From Thermoanaerobaculia bacterium (GTDB taxonomy: Bacteria; Acidobacteriota; Thermoanaerobaculia; UBA5066): DNA of 64,000 nucleotides. Each line of letters begins with the position of its first letter. Position 1 is the stretch's first letter. The stretch covers positions 1 to 64,000 of the forward strand of contig JBBRRY010000004.1 of assembly GCA_038245905.1 (NCBI GenBank), in the 5' to 3' direction. The position numbers were made by a program, and so were the translations under genes. The notes beneath the pieces were generated by a model that worked only from the letters and a program-made list of their open reading frames with translations, was not told the origin of the DNA and ran no database searches. Positions 28,842 through 38,696 of the stretch are shown here, one piece after another.

Positions 28842-29474
28842 GTGAATGTTCTTTCGCGGCGGCCCGTTTCGACGTGGTGGGCCTTGGCCGCGTTTCCCTT
28901 CGTCTTCGCCGCTGGAACTTGGGCGGCCGACCTCTCTTCGGCGAACGTGAAGAAGCTGGGCCGCACGGTCGCCCGCTTCAGGGACGACACGCTTCAGGTC
29001 GTGGTGGGCTACAAGCACGCGCAGAGTCACCTCGACAGCCGGTGGATTCTCCTCGAGACTTACCTGTCCTCGTCGGGCAGCCAGCCCGTCGAGATCTTCC
29101 GTGAGGACGTGTCGCTCATCCTGCCCGACGGCACGCGGGTCCCCCTGCCGAGCCAGAAGAAGATGGCCCAGGGTCTTCCGGACCTCCGTCGCATGCTCAA
29201 TCAGGCGCGCGTCATACGCGATCCGCTCGGGGGCTACTTTCCGGGATGCACCCGCGAGGAAAGGCTCGGATTCTTCGCCGTGCCGGGGGAGCAGATCGTG
29301 TTCGACCGGGTCACGGTGAGCCATCAGACGCTCGCGTGGGGGGACCTCTTTTTCGACTCCCCGAAGGGGCGATTCGAGCCGGGGATCTATACGCTCGTCA
29401 TGGAGAACAAGCTCGCCCACGTCCGCCTGCCGCTCGCGCTCGGCATCGAAGGGGATCTCGAGCGCGTGAAGTAG
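28842..29474 (+). CDS. Hypothetical exported protein
   Basis: GGAGGA before GTG 28842, signal-like N-terminus, high-GC3 codon usage. No family recognised. Confidence 0.65.
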   Translation: MNVLSRRPVSTWWALAAFPFVFAAGTWAADLSSANVKKLGRTVARFRDDTLQVVVGYKHAQSHLDSRWILLETYLSSSGSQPVEIFREDVSLILPDGTRVPLPSQKKMAQGLPDLRRMLNQARVIRDPLGGYFPGCTREERLGFFAVPGEQIVFDRVTVSHQTLAWGDLFFDSPKGRFEPGIYTLVMENKLAHVRLPLALGIEGDLERVK

Positions 29475-29483
29475 GGGGCCGCG

Positions 29484-30011
29484 CTATTTAGGCTTCTGCG
29501 GTCCGCAGGTCCCACGAAGGCTGTACGAGACGGACACACGGTTGTTCGTCTCGTCCGACTCGTCGACGGCGTTTTCGTCGTCGAGCGAGAGCTCGAGGCG
29601 ATGCTCGCCTGCTTGGAGCCTGGGCTGGGCCGTCAGGCTCTTCGTCTCGTTCGGATCGAGTGCGAGTCCGGTACTCGTGGCCGCGACGATCGCCGTGTCC
29701 ATCAGGCGCAGGCGATTGAGGAACGGCTTCGCGGGCGAGCCCGCGGCCGCGGGCCCGGCGTTCGTCATGTCGTAGCTCGCGTTGAACGAGCATGCTCCCG
29801 CACCGGATGCGATGGCCTCGGCCGGATTCAGTACCGCGACTCCGCCCCACGGGATGAACACGGATCCGATCCGGATCCCCCCCCGGCTCCGGAGATCGGC
29901 TTTGCCGGCCGCCGGACTCGCCGCGGGGCCCGGCGACCCGGCAATCCGCAAGGACGAGGAAAAACCGGCCACGAGGAGAACGGCGAAGAGGGCGAGCCGA
30001 TTCGTGCGCAT
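29484..30011 (-). CDS. Exported CARDB/Ig-like domain protein
   Basis: Signal peptide; N.GPAAA ... GEHRLELSLDDENAVDESDETNN is a typical CARDB C-terminus. Confidence 0.75.
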   Translation of the reverse strand: MRTNRLALFAVLLVAGFSSSLRIAGSPGPAASPAAGKADLRSRGGIRIGSVFIPWGGVAVLNPAEAIASGAGACSFNASYDMTNAGPAAAGSPAKPFLNRLRLMDTAIVAATSTGLALDPNETKSLTAQPRLQAGEHRLELSLDDENAVDESDETNNRVSVSYSLRGTCGPQKPK

Positions 30012-30178
30012 GTGGCCTCAAGATGGCCCGAAAGCGCGCCCCGCGCAAGGCCGACCGATGGTCTGGCCGCGATGAACGTCGGTTCCGGGACGCCAGACGG
30101 GCTTCCTGGCGTGCCGAGGCCATCTGCTGCGAGCGTCGTCCGGGGGCCTGGCGCTCCCCCGGACGGTACACTCGGCGT

Positions 30179-31429
30179 ATTCCATCGATCCGATGTTCCC
30201 TCGTTCTCGTCCTGTTTCTGGGGCTCGTCAGAACGGCGAGCGCCGGAGAGGGCTCCGCGATGTCGCCTCGCCTTCTCGCGATCCCATGGGTGGCGCGCGA
30301 GGACGCCGTGGACGCGCGCCTCGGGCCGTGGCGGGGCGTGCCGTCGGTGCGCTTCGCCGCCGGTGAGGCGGCGGTCGTCGTGCGCGTCGCCTGGAGCACG
30401 GGTGCGCTTCGCGTGCTCTGCGAAGTCGGCGACGGGACGCCGGTGGCAGGCGCGACCTCGGACGAAGATCCGGCGCTCGCGTCGAAGTCCGATTCCGTCG
30501 AAATCCTGCTGGACACGCGCGGGGAGCACAGCGTGCTCATGGACACGAACGACTACCAGTTCACGATCTCGCGGGACGGGAGGCGGACGACGTTCAAGGG
30601 ATCGGCCGCCCTGGCGCAAGCGCTTCGGACAGACGGCACTGCCGCGGCACAACCGAAGGACTGGGGAATGAACATCCCCATCGAGGTCGCCGTTGCCGAC
30701 GGACCCGAGGCAGGACCGTCCGGGAAAGCGGGCTATCGCGTCGAAGTTGCGGTGCCCTGGGCGGCGGTCGGGGGCGCGCCCTCGACGGCCCGGGAGTTCG
30801 GGCTCTCGGTGGCGGTGAACGACCTCTCGTTCGGTTCGTCCGGCGCGCCCGTCATCCAGATGGCGGATTGGGAGGGCAGGACGCGATTCGAATCGCCTGC
30901 CGTATGGCGATCCGTGCGGCTCCAGCCGCCGAGCGCCCTGTCGCGTTTTCTTCCGCGCGCTGGGCCATGGCTGCTCGGCGGCTTGGTGCTCGCGATCGTC
31001 GCCGTGATGTTCTTTGTCGGGCAGAGGGCCCTGCGGCCCCCGGAGCCCCTTCGCGAGGCGGCGCCGGCTCTTCCGCCCGGCGAGGCGCTGGCCGGGGCAG
31101 AGGACCCGGTCGAGCGGCTTCGGACGGGACTGATGCCGCGCCTTCGCGAGGATCTCACCGCGGACGATCTCGCGTCGATCGCTGGAGTATCCCTGCGAAC
31201 GCTCCAGCGGCTGTTCCGCGAGCGATTCGACACGTCGCCGATGACCTGGCTCATGGAGGTCCGCCTTTCGGAAGCGGCGCGATTGATCCGGGCCGGCGAC
31301 GATCCGGTCACGAAAGTCGCCTATCGCGTCGGGTTCAAGGACCCGTCGCACTTCACCCGCCGGTTCCGGGGCCGTTTCGGCGTCTCTCCGAACGAGTACC
31401 GCCGGGCCGAGGCGCCTCCGGCATCGTGA
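30179..31429 (+). CDS. Membrane-anchored AraC-family regulator with an N-terminal CBM9/DOMON-like domain
   Basis: Signal-like N-terminus, DSVEILLD...GYRVEVAVPW...GLSVAVND, TM helix (WLLGGLVLAIVAVMFFVG), C-terminal AraC HTH (SLRTLQRLF...VAYRVGFKDPSHFTRRF). Start uncertain (ORF open from 30023; ATT 30179 preferred). Confidence 0.78.
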   Translation: MPSIRCSLVLVLFLGLVRTASAGEGSAMSPRLLAIPWVAREDAVDARLGPWRGVPSVRFAAGEAAVVVRVAWSTGALRVLCEVGDGTPVAGATSDEDPALASKSDSVEILLDTRGEHSVLMDTNDYQFTISRDGRRTTFKGSAALAQALRTDGTAAAQPKDWGMNIPIEVAVADGPEAGPSGKAGYRVEVAVPWAAVGGAPSTAREFGLSVAVNDLSFGSSGAPVIQMADWEGRTRFESPAVWRSVRLQPPSALSRFLPRAGPWLLGGLVLAIVAVMFFVGQRALRPPEPLREAAPALPPGEALAGAEDPVERLRTGLMPRLREDLTADDLASIAGVSLRTLQRLFRERFDTSPMTWLMEVRLSEAARLIRAGDDPVTKVAYRVGFKDPSHFTRRFRGRFGVSPNEYRRAEAPPAS

Positions 31430-31563
31430 TGCGAATGGTCGGCCCTGTCGTTTCAGAACCGAAAAGCCTTTCTGGCGCGCACGGACGCCTGAATTGCGCG
31501 CGTGGACCACGGGAAAACTTGCAAGAGACGCGAATCGAAGCCATTGTGGAGAGAGCGGAGAAC

Positions 31564-32013
31564 ATGCGGATCAAACACGACACCTCCCGCCCTCTTGCGT
31601 CCCTCACCCTCCTTGGTCTTCTGCTCGTTTTCGGAGCCGCCGTCGCGGAGCCTGCCCGCCCGGAAGAGGCGAAGGTGGAAATCGTCGACCTCTCCGTCGA
31701 CTCGGCGAACCAGCCGCGCTTCGGCCAGGAGCTGAAGCTGCGCATCACCGTGAAGAACAAAAGCCGCGTGCCTGCGAAGGGCGTGTCGGTGGAGGTTCGA
31801 CGGACAGGCGCTCCCGCGGCGAGGCTCCTGCTCGGCGACATGGGTGCGGCCGAGCAGCGGGTCCTGCCGCTCGCGACGGGGATCACCTTGGGGGCCGGCG
31901 AAAACTGCTTTACGGTCGTGCCGGTCCCCGCGTCGGGCGCGCTCGCAGGCCCCGGCCGTCCGTACTGCGTGACGCCGGGCTGCTACAGCGTCGCGGAACG
32001 ACCGGGCACCTGA
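31564..32013 (+). CDS. Small exported Ig-like/CARDB-like protein
   Basis: Signal peptide, GQELKLRITVKNKS..PA.GV.V; three Cys near the C-terminus. Confidence 0.6.
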   Translation: MRIKHDTSRPLASLTLLGLLLVFGAAVAEPARPEEAKVEIVDLSVDSANQPRFGQELKLRITVKNKSRVPAKGVSVEVRRTGAPAARLLLGDMGAAEQRVLPLATGITLGAGENCFTVVPVPASGALAGPGRPYCVTPGCYSVAERPGT

Positions 32014-32074
32014 CGCCGGCGCCCGCGTCGACCTCGCGGGCTTCCCGAGGCCGCGTCTCTCGCATAATCGCGGC

Positions 32075-34072
32075 GTGAGGGAAGCCGGACCGTCATTCAG
32101 GCTTGGCGCGGCCAGCGGGGCCGCGCTCGTTGTGCTCGTCGTCCTCCTCGCGACGGTCGACACGCGCGCGTTCGGTCTCATTCCGGACGGTAAGGAGATG
32201 CTGTCGGCATCGGCCGCCTTCTCGCGTTTCCTCGAAATCGGCGTTTCGCGCGACTTCGTCAATGCGCCGCGCCGTCCCGGAGGCGATGCCGTGTCGCGCT
32301 ACGGGATGGGACTTTCCATCGCCGAGGCCGTGCCGGGAGCCGTGATGCGTGTGATCCGGATCGCCGCCCCTTCGGCGCCGTCGGCGCCCGTCTTCGTCCT
32401 CTTGCCGATCGCGTGCCTCGTCGCCTCGGCATGGGCGACGGCCCGGGCCCTGCTCCTCGTCGGTGTAACGCTCCCCTGGGCCGCGGCGTCGGGCGCGGGC
32501 CTCGTCCTCGCGACGCCGCTCTGGGGATACGCGGCGAGCGACTATGGTGAGCCGTTGCAGGCGTGCTGCGTTGCGATGCTCCTGCTCGCGGCCGTCGAGC
32601 TCCGCGATGCCCCGGCCTCGCGCCGCTGGCAGATCGTCGCGGGGCTCGCCGCGGGGTTCGCGATTCTCACGAAGACCCTGCTGCTCATCGCGGTCGCACC
32701 GTTCCTGGTCTATTTGTTTTTCGGAAGAGAGATGAGAAAGAAAGAATTCCTAGAAGGGAAGAGAGGAAACGCGTCAGCGCGGCGTGCCGCCGAGGCGGGT
32801 GTTCGCCGCCCGGGGGCGCCATGGCCGCTGCTTCTTTCATTCGCAGGAGTCCTCTTTTTCTGGTCTCTCCTCGAGCTCGTCCGTTTCGGAAAGCTGTTCG
32901 GCGGTTACTCCGGGGAGACGTTCACCTATCCCTTCTTCACGGGTCTTCTGCGCCTGACGCTCCTTCCGAACAAAGGCCTCTTCTGGTATGCCCCGATCGT
33001 TCTCCTCGCGCCGGTCGGCTTCGTCGCGCTGTTCCGCCGCGACGCGCGTCTCGCTTTCGCCTCCTCGGCTTCGGCCGTTTCGCTGCTCGTCGCGGCTTCC
33101 GCGTGGTGGGCGTGGGACGGGCAGGCGGGATGGGGGCCGCGCCTGCTCCTGCCCGCGCTCCCCCCCCTCGTCTTCCTTGCCGGCATCGCCTGCGCGTCGT
33201 CCTTCCGGCCTGCCCGCATCGCGGGCACGCTCGCGCTCTGCGTCGGATTGGGCGTCAATCTGCTCGGCGCCCTCGTGCCGTTTCCAGCCGTCTACGCGCT
33301 CTCGTCCGTCGTGCCGCCTCAGCCGATCGCGGAAGCGCGGGCGGAGGGAACGGCGTACGAAGTCGAACGCGGGTCGGACGGCATCTTGCGTGCCACGGCC
33401 CCGCATCACCTTTCGCTCACACCCGCATGGAGTCCGATCCGGGTTCACGCGCTTCTGCTCGCCGCGAAGCTACGGGGGAACGCCGCGGAGACTCTCTCGA
33501 GGGAGGGGTTTCCGCGTCTCGATCCGCCTTTCGGACCCGTCTTGCCGAAAGAGCCCGCTCCCGCGATGGCCCTCGCGCTTCGGCCGCTCCGCATCGGTTG
33601 GGGCCGCGAATATTTACTTGAAGGGAAAGAGAGACTCTCGGATCCGTGGGACGACGCCGCGCGTGACCAGACGATCCGCGCGATCGATGTGAAGGACTAC
33701 GTGCGGGCACAGGAGCTAGGAGAGGAAATCCTGAGAAGGAAGAACGGGGATTCGAATTCTGCGAATGACCCTCACGTTGTCGCGCTGATCGCCGAGTCGA
33801 TTCGCCTTGGCAGCGGCCGGGCCGCCGGCGCGCAATCGCTTGACTCGGGCACCGCCGCGTCCCTTTCCTACCTTTCCAGGAAATCTTCCTCTTCTTCTTT
33901 CGCCTGCAATCCCTGGATTCTCTTCGTCCGCGCGATGGCGGAGCCGCCGGGCGACTTCTCATGCATCCCCGAGCCGGGGCGGGAGGGATTCGCGCGAAGC
34001 CTCGACGCGGCGCGCCGGCGGGGCTGGAGCCTTACCTCGTGGGCGCGGGCGCTCCGGATGGGGGCGCCATAG
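32075..34072 (+). CDS. Polytopic membrane protein, GT-C-type glycosyltransferase-like
   Basis: SRYGMG, LATPLWGYA...YGEP, KGLFWYAP, W.WDGQAGWGPRLLLP; many TM helices. Confidence 0.65.
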   Translation: MREAGPSFRLGAASGAALVVLVVLLATVDTRAFGLIPDGKEMLSASAAFSRFLEIGVSRDFVNAPRRPGGDAVSRYGMGLSIAEAVPGAVMRVIRIAAPSAPSAPVFVLLPIACLVASAWATARALLLVGVTLPWAAASGAGLVLATPLWGYAASDYGEPLQACCVAMLLLAAVELRDAPASRRWQIVAGLAAGFAILTKTLLLIAVAPFLVYLFFGREMRKKEFLEGKRGNASARRAAEAGVRRPGAPWPLLLSFAGVLFFWSLLELVRFGKLFGGYSGETFTYPFFTGLLRLTLLPNKGLFWYAPIVLLAPVGFVALFRRDARLAFASSASAVSLLVAASAWWAWDGQAGWGPRLLLPALPPLVFLAGIACASSFRPARIAGTLALCVGLGVNLLGALVPFPAVYALSSVVPPQPIAEARAEGTAYEVERGSDGILRATAPHHLSLTPAWSPIRVHALLLAAKLRGNAAETLSREGFPRLDPPFGPVLPKEPAPAMALALRPLRIGWGREYLLEGKERLSDPWDDAARDQTIRAIDVKDYVRAQELGEEILRRKNGDSNSANDPHVVALIAESIRLGSGRAAGAQSLDSGTAASLSYLSRKSSSSSFACNPWILFVRAMAEPPGDFSCIPEPGREGFARSLDAARRRGWSLTSWARALRMGAP

Positions 34073-35750
34073 GCGGTGCGACTCCGCGAAGGCGAATCAA
34101 CAGCTGGGCGTCGCCGAACGGCTCGACCGAGATGGCGCGCGCCTCGAATCCGCGGCGCAGCGGCGGCAGCCAGCCCCGAAGCCACACGAACTTGGGCCAG
34201 GATTCGGTGTTCTTCTCGATCGCGGCCGCCATGTCCCAGAGGAAGCGCGAGAAGAAGACCGTGTCGACCGGCGCGTCGGGGGTCATGGCCTGGCCGGCGA
34301 TTCCGGCGGCCCGCGCGCCGGACTCGTCGACGACGAGGGCCGTGACGCCGACGCGCCCGAGGTCGCCGCGCCGCACGCGCTCGAAGACGCGCCCCTGCTC
34401 CTGGCCCCAATCCACGTTCGAGTCGGAGAGGATGGCGGGGATGCCGGCAGGGCCTCCGGCGAGGACGTTGCCGAACGAGATCTCGCGGCCGAGGCGGAGC
34501 GCGGACTCTCCGGCGGCGAGGACGACGACTCCGGCGAGCACCGCGCGGAACGCTCGCGGCCGGCGGGCCAGGAGCGTCCTGCCGGCGCCGGCCGCCGCGA
34601 CGAGGAGGAACGGCACGGCGGGAAGGGCGTGCCGTACGCCGATGTTCACGTTCGAGGTGCAGGCCGCGGCGAGATACGCGCCACCGATCGCCGCCGGGAG
34701 AGCGGCGCGGGTGATGAGGAGCCGCCGGAGCCGCGAGCCACGGAAGAGGCCGAAGCCGGCGCCGAGAAACGCGGCCGTGAACGCGAGGACGGCTGCCGCC
34801 GTCAGCTTGATCCCGAGGGCCACCAGAAAGTAGAAGAGGTGTCCCTTCCCTGAGATTTCGCCGAAGAAATAGTTGAAACGTTCTCCCGGGCCCGCGACTC
34901 CCTGCACGAAGAGAAGCCCCGCACCGTACGCGGCGATCGCCTTCGGAAACGTGCGCGCGAGCGCCACGACGGCACGCTCCTGGGGCAGCCCTCCGAATTC
35001 GTGCGCGATGCCCGCCTGGAAGGCCGAATCGCTCGTACCGGCAAACGCGATGGACTGGATGGCGAACAGGGTCAGGAGGGCGATTCCAATGAGCAAGACA
35101 GCGGAGTAGAGAGCGGGAAGAGAGAAAGATTTTCTTAGAAGGTGAAGAGGGGGGCCGGAAATACCACCTGCTGCGAACCGAACCATCGCAATGACAGTGA
35201 AGACAGCGAGGAATGGGAAAGCAGAGTATTTCGACGCCATCGCAAGCCCATAGAGAATGCCGCTCGCGACGAGCCAGACTCTTTTTCGTTCTTGAGCTGC
35301 GTATTCCAGCGCGAGCGCTGCCGCGACGAGGAAGAACGTGACGAGGACGTCGCTCTGAACGAGCGTGCCGTGGCCGCGCAGCGTCGGCTCGATCGCGACG
35401 AGCCCCGCGGCGGCGAGGCCCGCGGCGTTTCCGGCGAGCGCGCGTCCAAGGAGTCCGGTCACGGCCGCGAGGGCCGCGAAGAGGAAGGGCATGGGCGCGC
35501 GGCCTGCACGCGTCTCGTCGATCTCCATCGCGGGCTTCTCGCGCGGGAGAGAGACTCCGGCGAGGAGCTTCATCAGGACGGGGTGCTCGAAGTTCGAGAC
35601 CATTCCGGGGCCGTAGCGCCACTCGCGTGCGGCGGCGAGGTGTGCGGGCTCGTCCGAGGTCGTCCAGAGGGAGAAGCGCGCGCTCTCGGCGCCCGCGAGG
35701 GCGAGACACGAGAGGATCGCGAGCGCGAATGCGAAGAGCCGCGAGGTCAC
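34032..35750 (-). CDS. ArnT/PMT-like (GT83/GT39) membrane glycosyltransferase
   Basis: TSDEPAH, NFEHPVLMK, HGTLVQSD, SKYSA, NIGVRH, DSNVDWGQ. Confidence 0.75.
   Translation of the reverse strand: MTSRLFAFALAILSCLALAGAESARFSLWTTSDEPAHLAAAREWRYGPGMVSNFEHPVLMKLLAGVSLPREKPAMEIDETRAGRAPMPFLFAALAAVTGLLGRALAGNAAGLAAAGLVAIEPTLRGHGTLVQSDVLVTFFLVAAALALEYAAQERKRVWLVASGILYGLAMASKYSAFPFLAVFTVIAMVRFAAGGISGPPLHLLRKSFSLPALYSAVLLIGIALLTLFAIQSIAFAGTSDSAFQAGIAHEFGGLPQERAVVALARTFPKAIAAYGAGLLFVQGVAGPGERFNYFFGEISGKGHLFYFLVALGIKLTAAAVLAFTAAFLGAGFGLFRGSRLRRLLITRAALPAAIGGAYLAAACTSNVNIGVRHALPAVPFLLVAAAGAGRTLLARRPRAFRAVLAGVVVLAAGESALRLGREISFGNVLAGGPAGIPAILSDSNVDWGQEQGRVFERVRRGDLGRVGVTALVVDESGARAAGIAGQAMTPDAPVDTVFFSRFLWDMAAAIEKNTESWPKFVWLRGWLPPLRRGFEARAISVEPFGDAQLLIRLRGVAPPMAPPSGAPAPTR
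35125..35142 (-). repeat. Dispersed AT-rich motif copy inside the ArnT-like gene
   Basis: AAAGATTTTCTTAGAAGG within a purine tract. Confidence 0.7.
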
Positions 35751-35757
35751 GACCGGA

Positions 35758-37392
35758 TTATGCGTGGACGCCCGGCGCCTCGTGTCCCGTCCGCGATACC
35801 CACTCGACGTACGAGCCGCCGTAGAGGTGGGGCGGGTCGGAGGAGTCGTTCTCGGAGAGGACGAGGACACGGTTCGAGAGCCCGCGGAGGAAGGCGCGGT
35901 CGTGGGACACGAAGAGCATCGTCCCCTCGAATTTCGAGAGCGCCTCGACGAGCATCTCCTTCGTCGCGAGGTCGAGGTGGTTCGTGGGCTCGTCGAGGAC
36001 GAGGAAGTTCGGCGGGTCGAAGAGCATGCGCGCCATGACGAGGCGCGATTTCTCGCCGCCCGAGAGGAAGCGGACCTTCTTGTCCACGTCGTCGCCGGAA
36101 AACTGAAAGGCACCGACGAGCGCGCGGAGGGTGCCGATTCCGGCAGCGGGGAAGTCCCTCTGAACCTGCTCGAGCACGGTCCGCTCGGGGTCGAGGACGT
36201 CGAGCGCCTGCTGCGAGAAGTAACCCATCCGGACGCTCGCGCCGACGCGTACGCTCCCGCCGTCCGGCGGCAGCATGCCCGCGACCATCTTCAGGAGCGT
36301 GGTCTTTCCGGCGCCGTTGACGCCCATCACGCACCAGCGCTCCCCCCGGCGGATGAGGAAGTCGAAGCCGTCGTAGAGGTGCCGCGCGCCGTAGCCCTTC
36401 GAGAGCTTCTCGAGGACCGCGACGTCGTCGCCCGAGCGGGCCGGCGCCTTGAAGTCGAACCGCACGACCGCGCGCTTCTTCGGCAGCTCGATCGTCTCGA
36501 TCTTCTCGAGCTTCTTGACGCGGCTCTGCACCTGCGCGGCCTTCGAAGCATGAGTTTGGAAGCGCTCGATGAACCGGTTCTCCTTCGCGAGCATCGCCTG
36601 CTGGCGCGCGAACGCCGCCTCGCGCTGGGACTCGCGTTGGAGGCGCTCCCTCTCGTAGAAGTCGTAGTTGCCGGAGTAGGTCACGGTCTCGCCGGCGTCG
36701 ATCTCGACGACTTTCGTGACGACGCGGTTCATGAAATCCCGGTCGTGGCAGGTCATGAGGAGAGAGCCCGGGTAACCCTTGAGGTACCCCTCGAGCCAGA
36801 GGATCGACTCGATGTCGAGGTGGTTCGTCGGCTCGTCCATGAGGAGGACGTCGGGCCTGCCGAGGAGCACCTTCGCCATCGCGACCCGCATCTTCCAGCC
36901 GCCGGAGAGAGCGCCGACGTCTCCGTCGATGCGCTCGTCGTCGAAGCCGAGGCCGTGAAGAACTTCCCGGGCGCGGGCCTCCAGCTCGTAGCCGCCGTGC
37001 GTCTGGTACTCGGACTGAACTTCGCCGAACCGCTCCAGGATCCTCTCCATCTCGTTCGAGCGAGCCGGATCCCCGAGCGCGTGCTCGAGGTCGATCAGCT
37101 CGTGGTGGAGGTCGCCGAGCCGCCCGCTCCCGGCGATCGCCTCGTCGAGGACGGGCCGGCCTGCCATCTCGTCGATCTCCTGCTTGAAGTAGCCGATCGA
37201 GAGTTTCTTCGGGACGGAGACGTCGCCGTCATCGGCGTGCTCCTCACCCGTGATGAGCCGGAAGATCGTCGTCTTGCCGGCCCCGTTCGGGCCGACGAGG
37301 CCGATCTTCTCGCCGTCGTTGAGCTGGAAGGAGGCGTCCACGAACAGGACCTGGCGGCCGTACTGCTTGTTGATGCCCGAGAGCGCGATCAT
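35758..37392 (-). CDS. ABC-F family ATPase
   Basis: Two NBDs (GPNGAGKT/LSGGWKMR/DEPTNHLD; GVNGAGKT/LSGGEKSR/DEPTNHLD) with an interdomain linker and no TM. Confidence 0.93.
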   Translation of the reverse strand: MIALSGINKQYGRQVLFVDASFQLNDGEKIGLVGPNGAGKTTIFRLITGEEHADDGDVSVPKKLSIGYFKQEIDEMAGRPVLDEAIAGSGRLGDLHHELIDLEHALGDPARSNEMERILERFGEVQSEYQTHGGYELEARAREVLHGLGFDDERIDGDVGALSGGWKMRVAMAKVLLGRPDVLLMDEPTNHLDIESILWLEGYLKGYPGSLLMTCHDRDFMNRVVTKVVEIDAGETVTYSGNYDFYERERLQRESQREAAFARQQAMLAKENRFIERFQTHASKAAQVQSRVKKLEKIETIELPKKRAVVRFDFKAPARSGDDVAVLEKLSKGYGARHLYDGFDFLIRRGERWCVMGVNGAGKTTLLKMVAGMLPPDGGSVRVGASVRMGYFSQQALDVLDPERTVLEQVQRDFPAAGIGTLRALVGAFQFSGDDVDKKVRFLSGGEKSRLVMARMLFDPPNFLVLDEPTNHLDLATKEMLVEALSKFEGTMLFVSHDRAFLRGLSNRVLVLSENDSSDPPHLYGGSYVEWVSRTGHEAPGVHA

Positions 37393-37432
37393 GGGCGGCG
37401 GACGATAGCAGGACCGCGCGAGCGGGAGCGGA

Positions 37433-37870
37433 TTATTCGATCATCGCGATCCGGCGGGCGTGGCGGCCACCGCCGGCCGCGGGGTCGAAAGGCGTCGCGA
37501 GAAATATCCGCACGATCGCGAGCGCCATCTCCTCGGTGATCATCCTCTCCCCGAGCGACAGGACATTCGCGTCGTTGTGCTCGCGGCACGCCTTCGCGGT
37601 GGCCTCGTTCCAGCAGAGCGCGCAGCGCACGCCCTTCACCTTGTTCGCGACGATGGCCTCCCCGTTTCCTGACCCGCCGAGAACGATGCCGCGCTCGCAC
37701 GCGCCGCTCGCGACGGCCTCGGCCGCCGGCCGGACGAAGAGCGGGTAGTCGACCATCTCCGGGGAGAACGTGCCGCAGTCCTGGACGGTGTGCCCCATCT
37801 CGAGAACGGCGGCCTTGATCACCTCTTTGTAAGCGTATCCGGCGTGATCGGAGCCAAGTGCGATCTTCAT
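37433..37870 (-). CDS. rpiB: Ribose-5-phosphate isomerase B
   Basis: MKIALGSDHAG, VDYP, GSGNGE.I.ANKVKGVR, REHNDANVL, GGRHARRI. Confidence 0.93.
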   Translation of the reverse strand: MKIALGSDHAGYAYKEVIKAAVLEMGHTVQDCGTFSPEMVDYPLFVRPAAEAVASGACERGIVLGGSGNGEAIVANKVKGVRCALCWNEATAKACREHNDANVLSLGERMITEEMALAIVRIFLATPFDPAAGGGRHARRIAMIE

Positions 37871-37910
37871 GATCGGCGAAGTTTACGTCGGCCTCGATAG
37901 AATCGGCACC

Positions 37911-38696
37911 GTGCCGACGGATCCTCTCCCCAGCCTCACGATGTTCTTTCCCTGCTTCAACGATGCCGCCACGATCGGCTCGCTGGTGGCGGGAGCAAAC
38001 CTCGTGGGAGCGGAATCCGGCCGCGCGTACGAGATCCTCGTCATCGACGACGGCTCGGAGGACAACAGCGCCGCCATTCTCGAAGAGCTCGGGAAGACGT
38101 ATCCAGCGCTCCGCGTCGTCTACCATGGCACGAACCGCGGGTACGGCGCCGCGCTGCGCTCGGGATTCGGCGAGGCCACGAAGGATCTCGTCTTCTACAC
38201 GGACGGCGACGGCCAGTACGACGTCCTCGAGCTCCGGAAGTTCCTTCCCGTTCTCCAGGAAGGCGTGGACGTCGTCAACGGCTACAAGATCTCGCGCTCG
38301 GACCCTTTGCACCGCGTCGTGATCGGAAAGCTCTACGTCGCCCTCATGCGAATTCTCTTCCAGTTCCACGTGCGCGACGTGGACTGCGACTTCCGGCTCA
38401 TCCGGCGCGCCTCGCTCGCGGCCGTCACGCTCAAGCACTCGAGCGGCGTCATCTGCCTCGAGCTCGTCAAGAAGCTCGAGCTGGCTGGCTTCCGCTTCGT
38501 AGATTTCCCGGTTCACCACTATCACCGCGTCGCCGGGAAGTCCCAGTTCTTCAACTTCCGGCGTCTTTTCGTCACGGGTGTGAACATCCTCAGGCTCTGG
38601 TGGGAGATCCAGGTCACGCGCGAGACCCCGCGCGACGTCGCGCACCTGTCGTCGAAGGTCCGCGTGAAGAGCCACTGGGGAGATCCCCGGCCGTGA
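37911..38696 (+). CDS. GT2 glycosyltransferase (polyprenol-phosphate/DPM1-like)
   Basis: FFPCFND, IDDGSED, NRGYGAALRSGF, YTDGDGQYD, DVDCDFRL. Confidence 0.88.
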   Translation: MPTDPLPSLTMFFPCFNDAATIGSLVAGANLVGAESGRAYEILVIDDGSEDNSAAILEELGKTYPALRVVYHGTNRGYGAALRSGFGEATKDLVFYTDGDGQYDVLELRKFLPVLQEGVDVVNGYKISRSDPLHRVVIGKLYVALMRILFQFHVRDVDCDFRLIRRASLAAVTLKHSSGVICLELVKKLELAGFRFVDFPVHHYHRVAGKSQFFNFRRLFVTGVNILRLWWEIQVTRETPRDVAHLSSKVRVKSHWGDPRP

